This document shows positions 59,361 to 64,000 of a stretch of 64,000 bases of DNA, piece after piece. The stretch spans positions 4,850-68,849 of the forward strand of contig JALSJJ010000074.1 in the NCBI GenBank assembly GCA_026989375.1, in the 5' to 3' direction. Source of the DNA: Rhodothermus sp. Its GTDB lineage: Bacteria; Bacteroidota; Rhodothermia; Rhodothermales; Rhodothermaceae. The translations under genes and the position numbers were made by a program. The notes below the pieces were generated by a model. The model was not told where the DNA came from. It did no database searches and was given only the letters and a program-made list of their open reading frames with translations. Position 1 is the first letter of the stretch; every line of letters starts with the position of its first letter.

Positions 59361-59840
59361 ATGACGAAGAAGATGGGGCGTAAGCCACGGGGGCGTTCCA
59401 GAGGATTTGAAACGCTGTTGCTCTTTCTCCTCCTTGGGAGTGTTGGCCTTTTAGTGTATGCACTGGGTGTGCGTCTGCTGGCGCCGCGCGTTGACCCTGT
59501 GCGGGAAGCAAATCCGGCACATCTGGTAGGTGATATTATTCAACTGGAAGTGCGTAACGGATGCGGTGTGGATGGAGTGGCAGCCCGCACGACGCGTTAT
59601 CTGCGGCGCCGTGGCTTTGATGTGGTGGAGGTGGGCGATTACACGTCGTTTGATGTGCCGCATTCGCTGGTGATCGATCGGGTGGGGGATCTGGAGGCTG
59701 CCCGTAAAGTAGCAGCCGTGCTGGGGATTCCTGCCGACCGGGTGCGCCAGCAAATTCGACCAGAGCTCTTTCTGGATGCCTCTGTTATTATTGGCAAAGA
59801 TTATGCGCAACTGGCGCCTTTCAGGAATAAGTCAGACTAA
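59361..59840 (+). CDS. LytR C-terminal domain membrane protein
   Basis: TM anchor, then LEVRNGCGVDGVAA..LRRRGFDV..VIIGKDY. Confidence 0.85.
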   Translation: MTKKMGRKPRGRSRGFETLLLFLLLGSVGLLVYALGVRLLAPRVDPVREANPAHLVGDIIQLEVRNGCGVDGVAARTTRYLRRRGFDVVEVGDYTSFDVPHSLVIDRVGDLEAARKVAAVLGIPADRVRQQIRPELFLDASVIIGKDYAQLAPFRNKSD

Positions 59841-59846
59841 AGGGGA

Positions 59847-60299
59847 ATGGATTCGATTCAAACAATGACGCAGACAGATCGTCGGCATCGTGTGCGGTCT
59901 TCGTCGCAGATGCTGGCGCGGCATGCTATCGACGCTGCACTGGAAAAGAAGGCGAAGGATCTGGTGATTATGGACATGCGCCAGGTCAGCGGGGTAGCCG
60001 ACTACTTTGTGCTCTGCACAGGAGAGTCGGATTTGCAGATTCGCGCGATTGCCGAAGCGATTGAAGAGCGCATCGAGCAACACTGCCAGGAGCGACCCTG
60101 GCATGTAGAGGGGCGGGAGCACCTGCAGTGGGTGGTGCTTGATTACGTAGATGTGGTGGTGCACATTTTTACGCCTGAAAAGCGAGCCTTTTATGGGTTG
60201 GAGCGGCTCTGGGGCGATGCGCCCCAGGAGCAGATAACCGAAGACCGTTCAGGGGCCGACGTTCAGCTTCTGCAGGAGCCCGTGGTAACCACAGGCTAA
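59847..60299 (+). CDS. rsfS: Ribosome silencing factor
   Basis: KKAKDLVIMD..DYFVLCTG..QIRAIA..WVVLDYVDVVVH.F..RAFYGLERLW. Confidence 0.95.
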   Translation: MDSIQTMTQTDRRHRVRSSSQMLARHAIDAALEKKAKDLVIMDMRQVSGVADYFVLCTGESDLQIRAIAEAIEERIEQHCQERPWHVEGREHLQWVVLDYVDVVVHIFTPEKRAFYGLERLWGDAPQEQITEDRSGADVQLLQEPVVTTG

Positions 60300-60311
60300 T
60301 CCCTTCCAAAC

Positions 60312-60815
60312 GTGCAATTGCTGTGGGGGTATGGGTGGCTGATGCTGGTGCTACTGAGCGCCTGCACCAGCTCCCGTTTGTTGGTGCCGGATGATCAGTT
60401 CGGGCATCGCTATACCGGGCAGGCGCCGGACGGCCGGGTAACGCTTACGCTAACACCGCCCGACCCAACCGTAACCTACTGGCGTTATCCGGTACCGATC
60501 GATACGGTCCATGTACGTCCGGCACCCTTTCGACGTGACCAGTCGTCAGCTATGCAGGCGGTGCCTGTGGAATTGCTTATCAAAGGAAGCCTTCCAGACG
60601 CCTGTTCAACGCTGGACACGGTCGCGCAGGAGCGAGCTGGCACCTTACTTCGGGTGCAGCTCTGGATGCGGCGGCCGCAGCGCGTGCGCTGTCGGCCGGT
60701 AGTGTATCCTTTTCGTTTTTATCTGATGCTGGCCGACAGCCTTTTACCTGGCAGCTACACCCTGAAGCTTAACGGCCGTGTTTTCACCTTTGAGATCCGC
60801 ATTCCTGAAGAATAG
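60312..60815 (+). CDS. Hypothetical lipoprotein
   Basis: Lipobox LSAC; KGSLPDAC...RCRPVVYPF cysteine pair. Confidence 0.7.
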   Translation: MQLLWGYGWLMLVLLSACTSSRLLVPDDQFGHRYTGQAPDGRVTLTLTPPDPTVTYWRYPVPIDTVHVRPAPFRRDQSSAMQAVPVELLIKGSLPDACSTLDTVAQERAGTLLRVQLWMRRPQRVRCRPVVYPFRFYLMLADSLLPGSYTLKLNGRVFTFEIRIPEE

Positions 60816-60883
60816 CCGAACTGGAAACGTGTGCCGAGGGCTGACGTAGGCGGAGCAACCTGTAACCGAAGACGGCAGCAACA

Positions 60884-61261
60884 ATGGCCCGAATATTCCT
60901 GGTGCTGGGTGCTCTGCTGGCCGGCATAGCGGTGGCGTTAGGAGCTTTTGCGGCGCATGGGCTGGCCCCACGGGTGACGCCCGAACGACTGCAGACGTTT
61001 GAGACAGGCGTGCGTTACCAGATGTACCACGCGTTGGCCCTGCTCCTGACCGGGTGGTTGTTGCACCAGCTCGGGACGTCGGGGCTGACCCTGGCCGGGT
61101 GGTGCTTCCTGACTGGCATCGTGCTGTTTTCCGGGAGCCTGTACATACTGGTGCTGACCGATACCCCATGGTTGGGCGCGTTGGCCCCACTGGGCGGCGC
61201 GGCCTTCATGCTGGGATGGGGATGGCTGGCCTGGGAACTCTGGAAGACGCTCCGTGCCTAA
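60884..61261 (+). CDS. DUF423-family membrane protein
   Basis: VALGAFAAHGL..FETGVRYQMYHALALL..LFSGSLY..LAPLGG. Confidence 0.9.
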   Translation: MARIFLVLGALLAGIAVALGAFAAHGLAPRVTPERLQTFETGVRYQMYHALALLLTGWLLHQLGTSGLTLAGWCFLTGIVLFSGSLYILVLTDTPWLGALAPLGGAAFMLGWGWLAWELWKTLRA

Positions 61262-61650
61262 CTGACTTCGTCTTCTTCAAAGAGTAGCGTAATGCTGGGA
61301 AGCAGGTCGTGCTCGCGGGCCAGCGCCAGCAATGCCTCGGCCGCTGCCTCGGGCGTATCGTAGATGCCGTACTCCTGGGAATCAACCGCCAGCGCGTAGC
61401 CTACTTCCTCGTCGACCTCCCCGTGCTCCCACGCCGTCGCTTCCTCAATCGTAAAGTGTCCCTCTTCCGGGATATAGGAAGCGATGAACCGCTCTTTGCC
61501 CTCTCGTGGATCGACCAGGCTGAGATTGCCCAGTGCGCCGTATTCTTCGTCATAAAAGAGGGCTTCGGCAATAAGTCGGCGTGTGAAGTGATCAAGATCG
61601 AAAGTAGCCATAACCCGCCCGTATAGGTTGACGAAGCGTTGTTCAGACAA
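61258..61650 (-). CDS. Acidic hypothetical protein
   Basis: Coherent Glu/Asp-rich ORF downstream of lipB. Start 61650 (TTG) or 61611 (ATG). Confidence 0.65.
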   Translation of the reverse strand: MSEQRFVNLYGRVMATFDLDHFTRRLIAEALFYDEEYGALGNLSLVDPREGKERFIASYIPEEGHFTIEEATAWEHGEVDEEVGYALAVDSQEYGIYDTPEAAAEALLALAREHDLLPSITLLFEEDEVS

Positions 61651-61683
61651 CCGAAATGGGTTGTCTGGGTTCCTGTTTATGCT

Positions 61684-62460
61684 TTATACAACATGGTCAG
61701 CTTTCACCCAATGCGCAAGGTCTGTTCGGCCCAGGTAATCCTCCAGAAACGCAAAGGCATCGCGGCCCTCATAGAAGGTCAATGCGGCTTCGAAGCGTTT
61801 GGCAAAATGGTGAAGCAGGCGCGTGCGCACTTCTGTCTCATTAACCGGATGGCCCAGCTCGACGGCCAGTGAGGTCACGCTACGATCGGCAATGCCGCAG
61901 GGGACAATATAGGAGAAAAAGCGCAGATCGGTGTTCAAGTTAAAGGCAAAACCGTGCATCGTGACCCAGCGGCTGCATCGAATGCCCATCGCACAGATCT
62001 TGCGTTCAGGGCCTCGGGCATCCGGTCCGATCCATACGCCGGTACGTCCGGCTATGCGGCCCGCCTTCAGCTTGTAATCGGCACAGGTGCGAATGACTGT
62101 CTCTTCCAGCTCGCGCAGGTAACGGTGAATGTCCGTGAAGAAGCGGTCCAGGTCCAGAATCGGATAGCCTACCAGCTGGCCCGGGCCATGAAAGGTGATG
62201 TCGCCGCCTCGATCGATATGAAAAAATTCGGCGCCACGGGCGCGCAGAGCGGCCTCGGAAAGTAGCAAATGCTCCAGACGGCCGTTTTTGCCCAGGGTAT
62301 AGACCGGGGGATGCTCAACCAGCAGAAAGACGTGGGGAATGCGAGCAGGTGGCTCCTGACGTTTGGCGTCAACCAGTCGGGCCTGCAGCAGCTTTTGCAG
62401 TTCCCAGGTCGGTTTGTAGGCCACGCGTCCCAGATCGCAGACAATAACCGGCTCAGCCAT
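61684..62460 (-). CDS. lipB: Octanoyltransferase
   Basis: [52 protein letters not shown]. Confidence 0.95.
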   Translation of the reverse strand: MAEPVIVCDLGRVAYKPTWELQKLLQARLVDAKRQEPPARIPHVFLLVEHPPVYTLGKNGRLEHLLLSEAALRARGAEFFHIDRGGDITFHGPGQLVGYPILDLDRFFTDIHRYLRELEETVIRTCADYKLKAGRIAGRTGVWIGPDARGPERKICAMGIRCSRWVTMHGFAFNLNTDLRFFSYIVPCGIADRSVTSLAVELGHPVNETEVRTRLLHHFAKRFEAALTFYEGRDAFAFLEDYLGRTDLAHWVKADHVV

Positions 62461-62513
62461 GGCACGTGGGGATTGTAGTGAGCCTTTTACGTCGGAAAAC
62501 GACCTGCGTGCCC

Positions 62514-63998
62514 TCAGTTCGAGATGCTTACACGAATATTGAAGCCGCCCTGCACGGTGGTAGAGGAAGGCACACGGCTGTCGGCGCTCTTGAAACGTTC
62601 ATAGCGCAACTGAAAGCTGGCCGAAACACGATTGCTGAGCTGATAAGAGATCTGAGGTGCAATGGTGGTGCGGGTCCAGGCGGTCAGGATGGGCGCGAAG
62701 TCCGGGCTCAGAGCGTCTCTGGGGTCGTAGGCCTCCGGATCGTCTGCAGCGGCTTGCAGGGCTCGGAAAAGCGAGTAACGGCGCTCTTCGGTGGAGGAGC
62801 GGGCAATGTTCAGGCTGATACCTACGCGATTGTTCAGGCGCTTGATGGGCAGGAATGGAATGCGCAGGCCCTGGCGTTGATAGCTGAGCGTGAAGCTCAG
62901 CTCGCTGGTGGCGCTGGTGTTTACTTCATTGTTCGTCGAAAGGGAATAAGTGCGGCTTTTGGACCAGGCCAGGTTGGTCTGGAGGCGATTTTTCCAGGTG
63001 ATGTCAAGTCCAATCAGTGGCTGGTAGCGTTCGTTGATGCGTACGGCGCTGACTTCATAGCGTGAGAAGCGGTAACGGATACGTCGGCCGCCCAGTACAA
63101 ATGTTCCGAAGGCTGCGTTCGGGTCTTCCACAAGGGCGTTCAAGTTGGTGCGATAGTCGCTGCTATAGTCGGCGCTGTAGCCATGCCGGATCGTTATGCT
63201 TTGAGCCAGCCGTTGCAGGAGGGACCAGTTCGACAGTCCTGTGTAGGTAAGCTGCCAGCCCGGCATGGGAATCGGGGTATGCGTGTTCAGGAAGCCCAGT
63301 GTATGAATGAAGGCACGCCGAAAGTCGGACACCACCGAGGCGTTGGTCAGAGCCACGCGCCCGTCGCCATTTTCGTCGCCGATTTCTGCTGAATGAGCGG
63401 CTTGGCGAAAGTCCTGGCGGTAGGTTTCGAGCTGGCGGCGGAACAGCTCCAGATACGAGGCGCCAAAGGCCCAGACCGATGCGCTGCTGCTACCCCGTTC
63501 GGTCTTGGTGGTATCCACCCCACTTCCTTCCAGCGGTCGATAGGAATAGTCGATGCGCGTGTTCCAGTTGACGTTCCAGTTCAGCGCCACCTGCAGGCTG
63601 GGGCTCAGTTGCAGTACGGTAGAGGCGCGTAGCTCGTAGGTATTGTTGAGTATGTCGGTCACCTGGAGGCTGGGATCCAGGATACGGTTGTCAAGTGGTA
63701 CGCGCCGAGCTAACCCAAAGCGATAGCCCACCGACGGGCCGCGTCCGCGTAGCGCATCCAGCAAGCTATAGGCAACCTGTACGCTGTCGAGGGGACCACG
63801 TCCGACGTTGCTGGAGGCGCTGCTCCAGCTTGCACGGCCCGTAAGCTGCAGGTTCTCGATGCCAGTAAGGGCCAGAAAGAGCCGGCGGAGTAAAGCGATG
63901 GGGTCCGGGAGGCGAACCAGGGGTTTGGATTGATCTTCGGTATCGTCTTGGGGCTGACGGCGACGCTGACGGGCGCGTCGTTCCTGTTCTTCCAGTTT
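62514..63998 (-). CDS. sprA: T9SS outer-membrane translocon SprA/Sov, C-terminal part (gene continues beyond the window)
   Basis: Frame is open to the window edge; [18 protein letters not shown]...KSRTYSLS and terminal [11 protein letters not shown] resemble the SprA C-terminus. Confidence 0.8.
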   Translation of the reverse strand, partial: KLEEQERRARQRRRQPQDDTEDQSKPLVRLPDPIALLRRLFLALTGIENLQLTGRASWSSASSNVGRGPLDSVQVAYSLLDALRGRGPSVGYRFGLARRVPLDNRILDPSLQVTDILNNTYELRASTVLQLSPSLQVALNWNVNWNTRIDYSYRPLEGSGVDTTKTERGSSSASVWAFGASYLELFRRQLETYRQDFRQAAHSAEIGDENGDGRVALTNASVVSDFRRAFIHTLGFLNTHTPIPMPGWQLTYTGLSNWSLLQRLAQSITIRHGYSADYSSDYRTNLNALVEDPNAAFGTFVLGGRRIRYRFSRYEVSAVRINERYQPLIGLDITWKNRLQTNLAWSKSRTYSLSTNNEVNTSATSELSFTLSYQRQGLRIPFLPIKRLNNRVGISLNIARSSTEERRYSLFRALQAAADDPEAYDPRDALSPDFAPILTAWTRTTIAPQISYQLSNRVSASFQLRYERFKSADSRVPSSTTVQGGFNIRVSISN

Positions 63999-64000
63999 GC

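Overview
This is mostly core chromosome of a GC-rich FCB-group bacterium. The T9SS translocon SprA, a T9SS cargo protein, the archaeal/eukaryote-type ProRS and the gene order suggest a Rhodothermus-like organism (inference). From left to right: the tail of an operon ending in a stand-alone PqqD/RRE protein; a small T9SS cargo; a DUF4097 protein; a menaquinone cluster (menF-menD ... menA-menC-menE) with no menH/menB in the window, interrupted by a ~5.3 kb block (Tat-exported MBL hydrolase, IorAB-type molybdoenzyme, archaeal-type protoglobin, divergent CynR-like LysR); a sigma-less partner-switching trio; B3/4-lptC-lptA-lptB; thiI; aroF-glmS-prfA; rpsF-rpsR-rplI; dsbD-MFS; a BtuF/BtuC-like pair; an orphan NtrC-type activator; thrS-infC-rpmI-rplT-pheS-pheT-zapB-like-zapA-6S RNA-rny; a DUF5916-like protein; tRNA-Val(GAC); nfi; a TonB-dependent receptor; proS; a Tyr/Arg-rich lipoprotein with a FadL-like porin; tsaD-chorismate mutase-mltG; an rsfS operon; lipB; and the 3' end of sprA. 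Features not in the ORF track and read directly from the DNA are: a Phe-Phe leader peptide with a complete antiterminator/terminator before pheS, a 6S RNA, an S6:S18-type leader, an ATC start for infC, and several sigma70-like promoters. I saw no CRISPR array, transposase or integrase. All family assignments come from motif recognition by eye, not database searches.
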